Of a DNA stretch of 64,000 nucleotides, positions 9,216-19,748 are shown in pieces. Under the pieces are notes generated by a model. The model made no database searches. It was not told the origin of the DNA and saw nothing but the letters and a program-made list of their open reading frames with translations. Position numbers and translations under genes: made by a program. Location of the stretch: positions 48,155 to 112,154 of the forward strand of contig DATDTD010000071.1 of the NCBI GenBank assembly GCA_035290965.1. The letters are read 5' to 3'. This DNA comes from an archaeon. Lineage in GTDB: Archaea > Iainarchaeota > Iainarchaeia > Iainarchaeales > GCA-2688035. Every line of letters starts with the position of its first letter. Position 1 is the stretch's first letter.

Positions 9216-12200
9216 TTAGTTCCAACCTATTAGAACATTATAGTCTATACTAACAAGTTTTTTTGTAGGCTGTGATAGAATAGAATAAATTATGTTATAG
9301 TCTTGTCCAATTCTTTTATTACCACCATAACCTAGAATCCAACTGATTCCGGTAGGTTGGAGTGTTTGAATCGCTCCTTGAACAAAAGCTCTTTTTGAGT
9401 TTTCATCTGGGTCATTAGAACCAATATTCATATCACTAAAATAATTCCCTGAAAGGTTCTGAGTGTTAAGTGTTGCACTAAAAATATGAGATTCTCCTGG
9501 CGCTAGAGTTAATGGAACTGAAAGCCCCGAAATGTCTATTTCGGGTGGAGAATTAATGTTAAAAATATTCAAGTCTGCATTGCCAGTATTTGTTATATTA
9601 AAGTCTTGTGAAAGCATTTCCCCTTTTGTTATGCTTCCAAAATCCCATAAAAACGGTTGAATTGAAATGTCCGGGTTTCTAACAATAAAATTGTCCGAAA
9701 CCGCTTCACTGGTTAATACTCCGTCTGTGGCAATTATTTTAATTTTAGCATTATTACTAGGAGTAGCAAAATCAGCATTCCAAGAATAATTAGTGTCTGT
9801 TATGCCTATGGCTAAAGGATTCCAAGTTGCACCATTATCAGAACTGTATTCTAAAACATAAGACAAGTTATCTCCATCAAGGTCACTAGAATTCCAAGTA
9901 ATGGAATTTATGCCAGTCCAAATATCTTCGCTTGTCGGAGAAGTAATAGTTACAGTCGGAGCATTTGAACTTATTTGCCTCTCAGCCTTGATCAGGCCGT
10001 CGTATTTAACAATTACTTTATTAGTGTCAGTGTTGTAAGGGATAGCAAATACAAAAGCCGTTACATTAGTATCAATAGGTGGATTCGCATAGGGCAAAAA
10101 ATTGACGTTAAAATTAATGTCATTTAATACCTGCTCGTTGCTGTCCAAAACTTGGATAGAATAGGGTCCAGCTTCAATTTCGCTAGGATATCCATCAACT
10201 AAATACCATGGATCTAGTTCAACTGTATTATTTTTGTCCACAGTTCCACTCAATAGCAAAACTTGTTCTGGTTCTGTGTGTGGAATCATAAAAAGATTCA
10301 ATAAATGTGTGTATTCATCTTTTGCAATCCACTTTCCTAACTCGCCACTTTGGTAGGACATTAGACTTGCCGCATTGATTCGTTCTTTATTACCACACCA
10401 AGAGTCATTACAATCGACCCAAAAACCGTTCACGATCTGGCCATTTGGATCGGGATTAGGACAACCAGAACATCCTTCTGGCCTGCCACAGTCGCCACCA
10501 ATAGTTATCTCGTCGCATAATCCAAATGTATGACCGACCTCATGAGATGGTGTTACCGCACTTAGTTCGCTTAAAGATGAATTACTTGTTGTTGGGCTAG
10601 AAATGCCAGACCAATTTTGCCAGTAATTACTTAAAAGCCAACCATTAGGAGTAATTCCTACTACTCTGTCGTAAGATTTCAAACCGCCATAAGCCAAGTA
10701 TTCTACAGTATAAAGCCTGTGGAGCGTAAAAATAACTCCCTTATCTGGAATAAACTCCAAGGGACTCAATCGGCCATATATTACAGGATCTTCTCTGTTG
10801 TCAATTGCATTTTCTGGAAGCGGATAAACCGCCTTCATATATTCCTCGCTATGAGAAATAAAAAAATTGAAGAGGTCCCGATCTAATAGTTCCACTGGCA
10901 CGTAAATTACTTTGAACCCGTAAGTTCTTGTTACATTCAAATCTACTGTTTTTGTGTTGTTGTTTTCATTTGTTTCTGATATGCTTGCATAGGGGTCTAC
11001 CATCGCACTTATTTGGTATGTTCCTGACGTTGAATATGGTGTTGGATAGAAATCAATTGTTCTAAAGTCTGCGATTTGATTTGTGTCGTAATAGTCTTGC
11101 CCGTTGTATGATAGCTTTGCTGTTACTACTTTTGGACTGCCCGTGTTTATTACTTTTACTCGCACTACCGTTGCTTTATCAGTGATAAGATTTACATCTT
11201 CAATAACTTGAATTGGTTTTACCCATTCAATGAATAAATCGCCTTCAGGAGCAGCGGTAATCTGGAACTGGTTAGAACTTGCTTGAATGGAGTTTCCATA
11301 ACTGTTCGTAACATTTACATCAACATAATAATCTCCGGGAGAAACATTTGTTGTGTTCCAAGAATAAGAGCAAGTTATTGGATTTGCTGTTACTGGTTGG
11401 AAGGTATCTGGCTGGTTGTCCATTACTGCTCTCACATCATCACCACTCGACAAAAGCATTGCTAAAAGAAAATAAGTTTCATGATTAAAATCGATTGCTT
11501 GACTGGTTATAACACTAATAAATGGGTAAGCATTGGGTAAACTGTTAAAATTAAAATCCGTTGTTACATTAGACCATTGAGACCCATTGTATTTTGCGAC
11601 AAAGCGTATTGGGGGAAATGTAGAACAGATACTATACGCCAGCAAGCCGACTTCCTCCTTTTCTGAAAACCCGTTAAGCGCACTGCCTGTACACCCAGAA
11701 GCAGTTTTTAGAGAAGGTAAATTTGCAACAATGCTGTTTGTTTTAACCCATTGGTTGCTGACTATTTCCCAAGAGCTATTCCCGTCTGATGCTAAAAGAT
11801 AAGGTTTGTCATTGTAATATCCTACAAAATAACTCGCATTTGGAGTTCCGCTCCCAGTAAAAATAAGCGAATTGGAATCCGTTAACCATTGTGAAGTTGC
11901 ATCGTCCCAGCGATATAATCTGTTTGGTGAAGAAACAATTTGCACAAAAACGGAATTGTCATAGTTATAAACGAGCGTAGATGCGAGATTGCCAGTCTGC
12001 CCATAATCTGCAGTATCATACCCTGCAGTTTTATCTTCTTCATAAAATAAGGAATAGGGCGAGTTTAGATAATTTGGAGTTCCATTCTTTTTGATAGAAT
12101 AAACATAAATCGTGTTTTTTCCATAAACCGCCCAAATTCTCCATAACGTGTCGTCATCTTTTTTCACCATAGTTGTATACTCGGCCCGACCCGGAAGATT

Positions 12201-12506
12201 GTTAGGATACAAATTTCCAACATTAACACCAGCATTTTGCCAGACATACCTCGAAGAATAAGTGCAGGAACTTAAATTCAAATCAGCAATAAAATGCTCT
12301 CGCGAACCAGGCGTTCCCCCATAATATAAATTAAAATGCTGGTTCGGATTGTTTGTTGAATCAGAATAAGTCCAAGAAATAGTCTGCGGATTACCTGCAG
12401 TTTCAGGCATAGAACCAACAGCCAAAGTTTGAGAAGAAAAAACACTCGGCAAAAAACAAAAAAAAGCAAACAAAAAAAACAATTGCCAACAAAATATTTT
12501 TTTCAT
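9216..12506 (-). CDS. Large secreted surface protein with CARDB/Ig-like domains and a zinc-metallopeptidase-like HExxH domain
   Basis: Signal peptide from MKKIF (ATG 12506), CARDB-like VDP..ISETNENNN, and HEVGHTFGLCDE. Paralogous to 58685-62632. Confidence 0.75.
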   Translation of the reverse strand: MKKIFCWQLFFLFAFFCFLPSVFSSQTLAVGSMPETAGNPQTISWTYSDSTNNPNQHFNLYYGGTPGSREHFIADLNLSSCTYSSRYVWQNAGVNVGNLYPNNLPGRAEYTTMVKKDDDTLWRIWAVYGKNTIYVYSIKKNGTPNYLNSPYSLFYEEDKTAGYDTADYGQTGNLASTLVYNYDNSVFVQIVSSPNRLYRWDDATSQWLTDSNSLIFTGSGTPNASYFVGYYNDKPYLLASDGNSSWEIVSNQWVKTNSIVANLPSLKTASGCTGSALNGFSEKEEVGLLAYSICSTFPPIRFVAKYNGSQWSNVTTDFNFNSLPNAYPFISVITSQAIDFNHETYFLLAMLLSSGDDVRAVMDNQPDTFQPVTANPITCSYSWNTTNVSPGDYYVDVNVTNSYGNSIQASSNQFQITAAPEGDLFIEWVKPIQVIEDVNLITDKATVVRVKVINTGSPKVVTAKLSYNGQDYYDTNQIADFRTIDFYPTPYSTSGTYQISAMVDPYASISETNENNNTKTVDLNVTRTYGFKVIYVPVELLDRDLFNFFISHSEEYMKAVYPLPENAIDNREDPVIYGRLSPLEFIPDKGVIFTLHRLYTVEYLAYGGLKSYDRVVGITPNGWLLSNYWQNWSGISSPTTSNSSLSELSAVTPSHEVGHTFGLCDEITIGGDCGRPEGCSGCPNPDPNGQIVNGFWVDCNDSWCGNKERINAASLMSYQSGELGKWIAKDEYTHLLNLFMIPHTEPEQVLLLSGTVDKNNTVELDPWYLVDGYPSEIEAGPYSIQVLDSNEQVLNDINFNVNFLPYANPPIDTNVTAFVFAIPYNTDTNKVIVKYDGLIKAERQISSNAPTVTITSPTSEDIWTGINSITWNSSDLDGDNLSYVLEYSSDNGATWNPLAIGITDTNYSWNADFATPSNNAKIKIIATDGVLTSEAVSDNFIVRNPDISIQPFLWDFGSITKGEMLSQDFNITNTGNADLNIFNINSPPEIDISGLSVPLTLAPGESHIFSATLNTQNLSGNYFSDMNIGSNDPDENSKRAFVQGAIQTLQPTGISWILGYGGNKRIGQDYNIIYSILSQPTKKLVSIDYNVLIGWN

Positions 12507-12588
12507 TTTACGCCCCTTTTTTTTATTTCCGCACAAACTATTAGTTCTGGTTTGCATCAAAGATTGCTAGCGAGTTTGTTAATCCTTT

Positions 12589-13434
12589 TTAACAGTCGCT
12601 TGCAGTGATTATTCCTGCGTTAACGTCAATGAAACAGCTTCCTGAATCATTGCCTTTTCTTACAAACAAGGTTTTTGTCAAACCGGCAACAGTGCCAGTG
12701 CTTGTTATTACAGTAAAATTGTTCGCTTTTATTTTGAATGCACTGAACTCTTTGTTCTGGCTTACATTTGTATCACTGTTCAAAGAAATTTTTCCTGTTC
12801 CTGTGGCAGTTATTGCAATGTTACCGTTTATTGCAGCAGAAGTAATTGTTCCGGTTGGAGTCGAAAAATTAATGCTCGTTGCAATATTTGGAGTAGTAAT
12901 AGTTGGAGTAATCGAAAAAACCGGAACAGTTCCAGAACCAGTAACAGTACCCCAAAAAACACTTCCCGCACCATTAACAAGCGCCCTCATCCCACTGGTA
13001 GAAGAAAGAGCAGTCCAAACATTCGGAGAATTTGCAACCAAAACACTGCCAGGATTAACGCTCGACAAGTTTGTTCCACCGGAAGAAACACCAATTTGAC
13101 CCTGTCCGCCTCTGAAATTGTTCGGGCCATCAACAAGAGAACCGTTAACAGATAAGCATAGCCAATAGTCTTGGTTGTAATTGAGGTTTAGTTGGTCTAA
13201 ATCTCCAAGCAACAGATTGAATGTGCTGTCTTGGATAGCGCCTGTGTAATTGTGGTCAAAAAAGACTCCGTTCGAACAAGAGTTTTGATCCGAAATTTTT
13301 ACGCCCAAATCTCCGTTTGACAAGCCTTCTACTTTTCCCTGCAAAGACATTTTCGTAGGCTGAGTTGCTAAAACAAAACTAAAAAAAATCAGGCTAACTC
13401 CAATTAGTGCTAACGCTAAAAAAAACTTTTTCAT
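12589..13434 (-). CDS. Secreted Thr/Gly/Ser-rich fibre-like protein
   Basis: Signal peptide and low-complexity beta-rich C-terminal region. N-terminal domain nearly identical to the 63138-64000 product. Confidence 0.7.
   Translation of the reverse strand: MKKFFLALALIGVSLIFFSFVLATQPTKMSLQGKVEGLSNGDLGVKISDQNSCSNGVFFDHNYTGAIQDSTFNLLLGDLDQLNLNYNQDYWLCLSVNGSLVDGPNNFRGGQGQIGVSSGGTNLSSVNPGSVLVANSPNVWTALSSTSGMRALVNGAGSVFWGTVTGSGTVPVFSITPTITTPNIATSINFSTPTGTITSAAINGNIAITATGTGKISLNSDTNVSQNKEFSAFKIKANNFTVITSTGTVAGLTKTLFVRKGNDSGSCFIDVNAGIITASDC
13091..13304. repeat. Dispersed direct repeat, copy 1 (partner 63787-64000)
   Basis: Manual gapless alignment gives 195/214 identical bases. Confidence 0.9.
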
Positions 13435-13553
13435 TCAACCAACCCCCAAAAAATTCTTTCAGAGCAAAAACTCAAAAAGAAAAACCCCAAATAGCAGTAA
13501 CAAGAATGAAATTAAAAAGCTTTGCAAGACTACGACAATTGACTAAGTGCGGT

Positions 13554-15293
13554 TTATCGCATCTTTTCTTCCGCAGCCTTTTCCTTGAGCACGCGCAGGA
13601 ATTCTTCTCCGAGCGAGGGGCGGGGAACTTTTCCTGAAACCAAAAAATCCTGGATGGCTTCAAGACAGGCATTGCTTCCGAGGACAGCAGGCATTACAAC
13701 AAGGTCTGCCTTTGCATTGTACAATTCAAGTGCATCCCTGAAATAATGAGCGCGCGCAAAAACAACTGTTTCAGGATTCAGGGATTTTGCACGCTTCACT
13801 AACTGCAAAGTAGCGGCTGCATCCGGAATAGTTACAACAAGAGCCTTTGCATTTTCAATGCAGAGATTTTCCCAGACCTCATTGTTAGTGCGCGAGCCGT
13901 AAACTCCCACAATGCTTTTTTCCGAAAGCCTTTCCAAAACATCGGGATCGTGGTCGACAACAAGAACAGTTTCAGAATTTTTCAGTTCAGTCGCAATGCT
14001 TCCTCCAAAGACTCCTCCGCCCGCAATAATAATATGGTTTTTGAGTTCAAGCGCGGAAGGAAGGGAATTTAATTTTTCAAGTTTGCGCGCAAAAAAATGC
14101 CTGCTCTTTTCAGCATCAAGCCTTGTTTTCTTGAAAAGCCTGTTGAAAAAGCCTGAAATCGCCTCCGAAGAATTCATGAGATAGGGGGTTGCAACCATTG
14201 AAATCAGGATTACCCAGATTGCAATGTTATACATTGAATCAGAAACCTGCCCCAAAGAAAGCCCCTGCCGCGCAATGATAAAAGAAAACTCGCTAGCCTG
14301 CGCAAGAGACAGGCCTACAAACCAGGCAATCTTGTTTCCAAAACCCGAATAAAGAGTAATCAGGTAAAGAATCAGGGGATTGAGAATAAAAACAATTGCA
14401 AGCAGGATTGGGAAAAAAACAAGCGACTGCGCCTGAAAAACAGAAAGATTCAATTGTATTCCCAGAGAAACAAAAAAAACAGTTGCAAACAAATCCCTTA
14501 TGTACTTTATCTGGGAAAGCGCTTCAGTGCTGTAGGAAACACGCGCAAGCGCAAGCCCTCCGATAAAGGCGCCGATTGCAATTGAAAAGTCAACCGCATA
14601 GGCAAAAAACATGAAGAGAAAGCAGACTGAAACAGTTGTAAGGTAAAAAACCTCCTGGTGCTTTGCAGAGGCATGCATTATTACAGGGAAAATCTTTTTG
14701 CTGAAAACAAAAGCAAGCAAAAACAATCCCACTATTCCTAGAAGGAATTTTGCGGCAAGGTCAATGGAAAAAAAAGTAGCGGGATTTGCAAGCAATGGAA
14801 GAGCAATGACTGCAACCATGTCCTGCACAAGCGCAAAGCCTATAATCAATTTTGCCTCTAGAGAAGCAAGCCTGTTTGAATCAGAAAGAATCTTTACAAC
14901 AATCGCAGTGCTGCTGAAGGCAACAATCAGGCCAATGTAAACGCTTTCAATAAGCGGCAATCCCAAAAAATTCATTATTCCCGAAACCAGCAGCGCAGTA
15001 ATTGAAATCTGCGCCAATCCCCCGAGAAGGATTGTTTTTTTGAACTGCCAGATTTTTGAAAAATCAATCTGCATTCCCACAGCAAAAAGAAGGAACGCAA
15101 TTCCGAGCTCTGAAAGAGCTCCGATGTTCTGCGCATCAGGAATAAGATTCAAAAAAATCGGCCCGATTATTATTCCCGCAAGGATATAGCCCACAATGAG
15201 CGGCTGTTTCAGTGCCCTTGCAATGAATGCAAAAACAGTTCCCGCAAGAATAACTATTCCAAGGTCAAAAAGCAGAAAAGGCGCTTCAAGCAT
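13554..15293 (-). CDS. CPA2/Kef-type cation:proton antiporter with C-terminal TrkA-N (KTN) domain
   Basis: Many TM helices, ELGIAFLLFAVG, FSSTAIVVKIL, QASEFSF, and Rossmann-like IIIAGGGVFG. Confidence 0.88.
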   Translation of the reverse strand: MLEAPFLLFDLGIVILAGTVFAFIARALKQPLIVGYILAGIIIGPIFLNLIPDAQNIGALSELGIAFLLFAVGMQIDFSKIWQFKKTILLGGLAQISITALLVSGIMNFLGLPLIESVYIGLIVAFSSTAIVVKILSDSNRLASLEAKLIIGFALVQDMVAVIALPLLANPATFFSIDLAAKFLLGIVGLFLLAFVFSKKIFPVIMHASAKHQEVFYLTTVSVCFLFMFFAYAVDFSIAIGAFIGGLALARVSYSTEALSQIKYIRDLFATVFFVSLGIQLNLSVFQAQSLVFFPILLAIVFILNPLILYLITLYSGFGNKIAWFVGLSLAQASEFSFIIARQGLSLGQVSDSMYNIAIWVILISMVATPYLMNSSEAISGFFNRLFKKTRLDAEKSRHFFARKLEKLNSLPSALELKNHIIIAGGGVFGGSIATELKNSETVLVVDHDPDVLERLSEKSIVGVYGSRTNNEVWENLCIENAKALVVTIPDAAATLQLVKRAKSLNPETVVFARAHYFRDALELYNAKADLVVMPAVLGSNACLEAIQDFLVSGKVPRPSLGEEFLRVLKEKAAEEKMR

Positions 15294-15403
15294 GGATAAT
15301 AAAAAAGGCGTTTGACTATTTATAATTATCCTGAAAAACAACTGCGCAATATTCAGCCTGCTGGCATAATCCGTGCTTTTTTATTCTTTTTGCAATAATT
15401 CTT

Positions 15404-15880
15404 TTGCTATCGGGAGGCTGTTTTATGTTCGGAAAAAGTTCTTCAAAAGGAATTGCGCTTGAAACAACAAAGGCGGGTTTTGCAAAAAACTCTGCAGTCG
15501 AATTTTCATTGAAAAATAATTCTTCAAAAACAATTTTTGTAATGCCGGCTCTTTTCAACGAGCTTTCACTGCAGGGCGAAGTTTCCCAGAAAACAGGCAG
15601 CGGCTTTGTGAAAATTTCTACTTTCAATGCGCAGGCTTCTGCGATAGACAACAAAGAAAGGCAGCCTCTTGAGGCTGTTGAAATTTCCGCAGGAGAATCT
15701 CTTGAAGGAAGCTGGAGCGGGACAGCATACAAAAAAACTGGTTCCGATGCAATAAGCGGCTGGAACAGTTTCCAGGCAACAGGAACATTCAGAATAAAAA
15801 TAGCCTATTACAATTCCGAAGCAGATGCAAAAGCAGGCAAAAAGGCATTGTTTGCCGAAACAGAATTCCAGATAAAATAA
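15404..15880 (+). CDS. Putative lipoprotein or secreted Ig-like protein (true start uncertain)
   Basis: In-frame upstream codons give FFILFAIILLLSGGC, a hydrophobic stretch plus lipobox-like Cys. Beta-rich body. Confidence 0.6.
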   Translation: MLSGGCFMFGKSSSKGIALETTKAGFAKNSAVEFSLKNNSSKTIFVMPALFNELSLQGEVSQKTGSGFVKISTFNAQASAIDNKERQPLEAVEISAGESLEGSWSGTAYKKTGSDAISGWNSFQATGTFRIKIAYYNSEADAKAGKKALFAETEFQIK

Positions 15881-15890
15881 AAAAGCCGAA

Positions 15891-17252
15891 TCAGATTTTT
15901 TTTATTTTCGTTCCCTCTGGAGTGTCGTCCAGGAAAAATCCTTTCTGCAAAATCTGTTCGCGCAGAGAATCCGCCAACTGCCAGTTTTTTTCACTTCTTG
16001 CTTTTTCTCTTTCATCCGCAAGCTTTTTGATTTCAGAAGGGACTGAAAGCGATTCTTTTTTCAATAAATCAAGCGCAAAAACTTTGTCCATTTCTTTTAT
16101 AGCGCTGATTTTTCCAACTGCTTTTTTGTCTCTCAGCAATGCCCACAAAACAGACAAAGCCTTTGGCATGTCAAGGTCGTTGTTTATTGCGCTTTCAAAT
16201 TTTTTCAGGAAAGCGGAGTTTGTTTTTCCATCATCTTTGAACTCTGAAATAATGTTTTTCATTCTTCCCAAGGAGTTCTGCGCGCCTTCAAGCGCCTGCA
16301 AAGAAAATTCCAATGGATTTCTGTAATGGCTTGTAAGGACAAGATACCTGTAGGAAAGCGGAAGAAAGCCTTTTTCTTCAAGCTCTGAGATAGTGAACAG
16401 GCCGCCTTTCGATTTTGAAATTTTTTCTCCCTTGAAAACAAGGAATGCGCCGTGCACCCAGTAGTTCACGAATTTTTTTCCTGTTGCAGCAGTGCTTTGC
16501 GCGATTTCGTTTGTATGATGAACCTGCAGATGGTCAATGCCTCCTGTATGAATGTCGAAATGCTCTCCAAGATATTTCATTGACATTGCACTGCATTCAA
16601 TATGCCATCCAGGAAATCCAAGTCCAAAAGGAGAATCCCATTCCTGCTGCCTTTTTCCGGGGTGTTCGGAAAATTTCCATAATGCAAAATCAGTAATGTT
16701 TCTTTTTTCCTTCAAAGAAACTCTTTTTCCCGCCTGCAATCCGGATTTTTTCAGGCGAGCGAATTTCGCATAATCCCTGAATTTGGAAGTGTCAAAATAA
16801 ATCCCGTCGCTGGTTTTATAGGCAAAGCCTTTCTTTTCAAGTTTTTTAATAAGCTCAATTTGTTCCTTTATGTGTTCAGTGGCTTTGCACCAAATGGTTG
16901 GCTCTTCAATGTTAAGTTTTTTCAAATCCTGCTGAAAAATTCCGAAATAGTAATCCACTATTTCCTTTGCACTGCGGCCTTCCTTTGCTGCGGCGCTTTC
17001 AATCTTGTCTTCTCCTTCATCAGCATCGCTTGTCAGATGCCCTACATCTGTTACATTCATTACCTGCTTTACCTTGAAGCCGTTGAATTCAAGTGTCCTG
17101 CGCAGGATATCGGAAAAAATGTAAGTGCGCAGGTTTCCAATGTGCTGGAACCAGTAAGCAGTCGGGCCACAGCAATACATTCCTGCATTCTTTGCCTTAA
17201 CCGGCTTGAAAATTTCTTTTTTCCGCGAAAGAGAATTGTAGAGCTTGAGCAA
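15891..17252 (-). CDS. cysS: Cysteinyl-tRNA synthetase
   Basis: [30 protein letters not shown] and KISKS. Confidence 0.96.
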   Translation of the reverse strand: MLKLYNSLSRKKEIFKPVKAKNAGMYCCGPTAYWFQHIGNLRTYIFSDILRRTLEFNGFKVKQVMNVTDVGHLTSDADEGEDKIESAAAKEGRSAKEIVDYYFGIFQQDLKKLNIEEPTIWCKATEHIKEQIELIKKLEKKGFAYKTSDGIYFDTSKFRDYAKFARLKKSGLQAGKRVSLKEKRNITDFALWKFSEHPGKRQQEWDSPFGLGFPGWHIECSAMSMKYLGEHFDIHTGGIDHLQVHHTNEIAQSTAATGKKFVNYWVHGAFLVFKGEKISKSKGGLFTISELEEKGFLPLSYRYLVLTSHYRNPLEFSLQALEGAQNSLGRMKNIISEFKDDGKTNSAFLKKFESAINNDLDMPKALSVLWALLRDKKAVGKISAIKEMDKVFALDLLKKESLSVPSEIKKLADEREKARSEKNWQLADSLREQILQKGFFLDDTPEGTKIKKI

Positions 17253-17328
17253 AAAACCACTATTACAAGTAGAATCAAAAATTATTTATAATGCAGTATT
17301 GGGCAAATGGATGCAAAAGCGTGCGCCA

Positions 17329-18714
17329 TTACAGCCGCAGCTCTTTTTTCCAGTGCTCAACAATCTGCACTGTTTTCTTTTCAGCAAAGCCGGTATATTT
17401 TTCAGGATTCTCAAGAATTTCAAGCTGTTTTTTAGAAAACTTTTTCAAAAAAGGCTTCAATGATTCTTCCTGCATAAAAATTTCCTGCAAAGGCTTTTTC
17501 TCAGCCTGGGATTTCAAAGTAAGCTTTCTCACTTCCTCATGCGCATCTGAATGCCCGTGAAAGGCAAGCAGAATGTAAAGCGGCTCTGCAATTAACAAGC
17601 CCTTGCTCTTGTTGAAATTTTCCTGCATGTTTTTTTTGTCAACAGCCATTTTTGCAACAACTTTTTCAAGGCGCTTTGCGCTCAAAATCAATGCGGCAAT
17701 TAGTTCTGGCAAAAATCTCTGCGAAGCGCTGTTAGTCAAATCGCGCTGATGTTCAGAAATTTGATCTAAGTAAACAGTGTTCATGCGCGGCATAAACTGT
17801 TTCCAGAAGCTTTTCACATTTTCAAAATTAATGGGATTTCTTTTCTGCGGCATTGTGCTGCTTCCGACCTGCTTTGCCTCGAACTCTTCCCCAACCTCTG
17901 CAATTTCGCTTCTCTGCAAATTGCGCATATCATCGGAAAAATTTGCAAGCACTCCAAAACAGGAAACGAGCGCATGCATTAAATCAGCCATTGGCTCTGC
18001 TTCCACAATCTGAGTGCTCGAAACGCTTGCCTTCAGGCCGAGCTCCTGCATTATTTCTTTTTCAAATTCAACGGGGTTTTCAAAAAAAAGGCTGCTTGCA
18101 TTATAAGCGCCAACTGCGCCTGAAAATTTTCCGCACAAATTATTTTTTGCATTCTCGATTGCCTTTATCCTGCTGCCAAGCCTGCTTACATAGGAGGCAA
18201 CTGCAAATCCAAAGGTAATTGGTTCAGCATGCTGTCCGTGGGTTCTTCCAATCTGAACTGTTTCTTTTTCCCTCAAAGCAAGCTGCATGAATGTTTTTTC
18301 AAGCTCCAAAAGCGCGGGAATAATTGCCTGCTCTGCAGCATCCTTGAAACGCAGAGCGTTCGCAGTATCGACAATGTCATAGGAAGTTGCGGAAAAATGC
18401 ACAAAGGGCTTTGCTCTTTCGCTTACTTTTGCGCGAATGCAGTTCGCAAGCGCGCGGATGTCATGCTTTATCCTGTCTTCTTCCGCATAAACCTCTTCGG
18501 CAGTAACCTGCAGAGAGGCTTTTTCTATTTCATCAGCAATTTCCTTTGAACAGAGATTTTTTTTTGCAAGGACTTTTACAAGCGCAGCCTCTGTTTTTGC
18601 AAAATATCTTATGCGCGCATTTTCAGAAAGAAAAGGCTTTAAAGATTCAAAGATTTTTGAGTCTCTCCCGTAATAGCGGTAATCGAGAGGGCTGATGTTG
18701 TCGAACAAATCCAT
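17329..18714 (-). CDS. purB: Adenylosuccinate lyase
   Basis: ISPLDYRY, GRTHGQHA and GSSTMPQKRNP. Confidence 0.95.
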   Translation of the reverse strand: MDLFDNISPLDYRYYGRDSKIFESLKPFLSENARIRYFAKTEAALVKVLAKKNLCSKEIADEIEKASLQVTAEEVYAEEDRIKHDIRALANCIRAKVSERAKPFVHFSATSYDIVDTANALRFKDAAEQAIIPALLELEKTFMQLALREKETVQIGRTHGQHAEPITFGFAVASYVSRLGSRIKAIENAKNNLCGKFSGAVGAYNASSLFFENPVEFEKEIMQELGLKASVSSTQIVEAEPMADLMHALVSCFGVLANFSDDMRNLQRSEIAEVGEEFEAKQVGSSTMPQKRNPINFENVKSFWKQFMPRMNTVYLDQISEHQRDLTNSASQRFLPELIAALILSAKRLEKVVAKMAVDKKNMQENFNKSKGLLIAEPLYILLAFHGHSDAHEEVRKLTLKSQAEKKPLQEIFMQEESLKPFLKKFSKKQLEILENPEKYTGFAEKKTVQIVEHWKKELRL

Positions 18715-18721
18715 TGAAAGC

Positions 18722-19678
18722 TCACTTTGCCAAAAATTTTTTGTATGCGTTCACGCATTCTTTTATGCTCGGCACTTTCCAGTTTTTTTCTCCTGTCCAT
18801 GCGACTGTAACTGATTTGTACATGTTGCTTACTATTTCAATTAGCTCTTTCGGAAGCGCGGGAGGGACAGTATAATTTCCTTTTCCTTTGCCTTGGGTTT
18901 TTTCCTTTTCAATTATCGCATACCAGGGAGTTTTCTTGTAATAATCCCGCAGAACCTGCTTGCTGATGTGAAAGCCGTTGAACAAAAACCTGTCCTCATC
19001 AAGAGTTCCGGAAACATCCACGAGAATTAATTCGTTTTCAGGATTTAATCCGAATTCTACTTTGCCATCGGCATGCTCAAGCATGATTTTTTTCGCCTTC
19101 CTGTTCAAAAAACCGTTTATTTTCAAAGCCGTTGCTTTCAGTTCTTCAATCTGTTTTTTTGACAGGGCGGAAAGCTGCCTTGCTTCTTCCCATCCCATGT
19201 ATCTGTCTGTTGCCTCCAACTTTGTGCTTACATCCATTATCGGCTTTGAAAGCTTTTCACCGGGAACAGGCTTTTTTTTCAGCCCCAAAGATTTCCAGTC
19301 CAATTGCCCTGAATCAATTCTTTTGAAAACACTGCTTCCCTCAGGGAGAGAATTCCTGTAAATGACTTCAAGCGGAACAAGATAATTTTTCATGCCGGGC
19401 AAAAGCTCGCCTTTCTGCGGATACAAAACGCGCACTAAATCAACTTCCATCTTGCTTCCCGAAACAAGCCGGCGGAAATGGCTTTTTATGCCGAGCTTTT
19501 TCAGCTGCTGGAAATTATATGAAGCCATTCTGCACAATGCCTCTCCCTTCCCTGGAATTTCATCCGGCATTTTTCCATAATCGAAAACACTGTAATCATC
19601 GGTGAAAGTAAAAATTCCCATTCCCGATTCCTTTTCTGTTGCAGGCTTTGTTATTTCCAGATCCTTTACGCTTCCCAA
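18722..19678 (-). CDS. purC: SAICAR synthetase (long archaeal type)
   Basis: GSVKD, FTDDYSVFD, STKLE, DGKVEFG, GTLDEDRF and SKQVLRDYY. Confidence 0.93.
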   Translation of the reverse strand: MGSVKDLEITKPATEKESGMGIFTFTDDYSVFDYGKMPDEIPGKGEALCRMASYNFQQLKKLGIKSHFRRLVSGSKMEVDLVRVLYPQKGELLPGMKNYLVPLEVIYRNSLPEGSSVFKRIDSGQLDWKSLGLKKKPVPGEKLSKPIMDVSTKLEATDRYMGWEEARQLSALSKKQIEELKATALKINGFLNRKAKKIMLEHADGKVEFGLNPENELILVDVSGTLDEDRFLFNGFHISKQVLRDYYKKTPWYAIIEKEKTQGKGKGNYTVPPALPKELIEIVSNMYKSVTVAWTGEKNWKVPSIKECVNAYKKFLAK

Positions 19679-19748
19679 AAAATCACCTCGTATTTTTGTT
19701 AGTTTTAGTGCTTAAACTTATTTAATATTTGCCAAAGTTTAATGTGCC

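Noticed and set aside
8570..13538. TACGACAA direct repeat (8570-8577 and 13531-13538) flanking the first surface cassette as att sites or a TSD
   Set aside because: It is only 8 bp, with no integrase, tRNA or inverted repeats nearby, so it could be chance.
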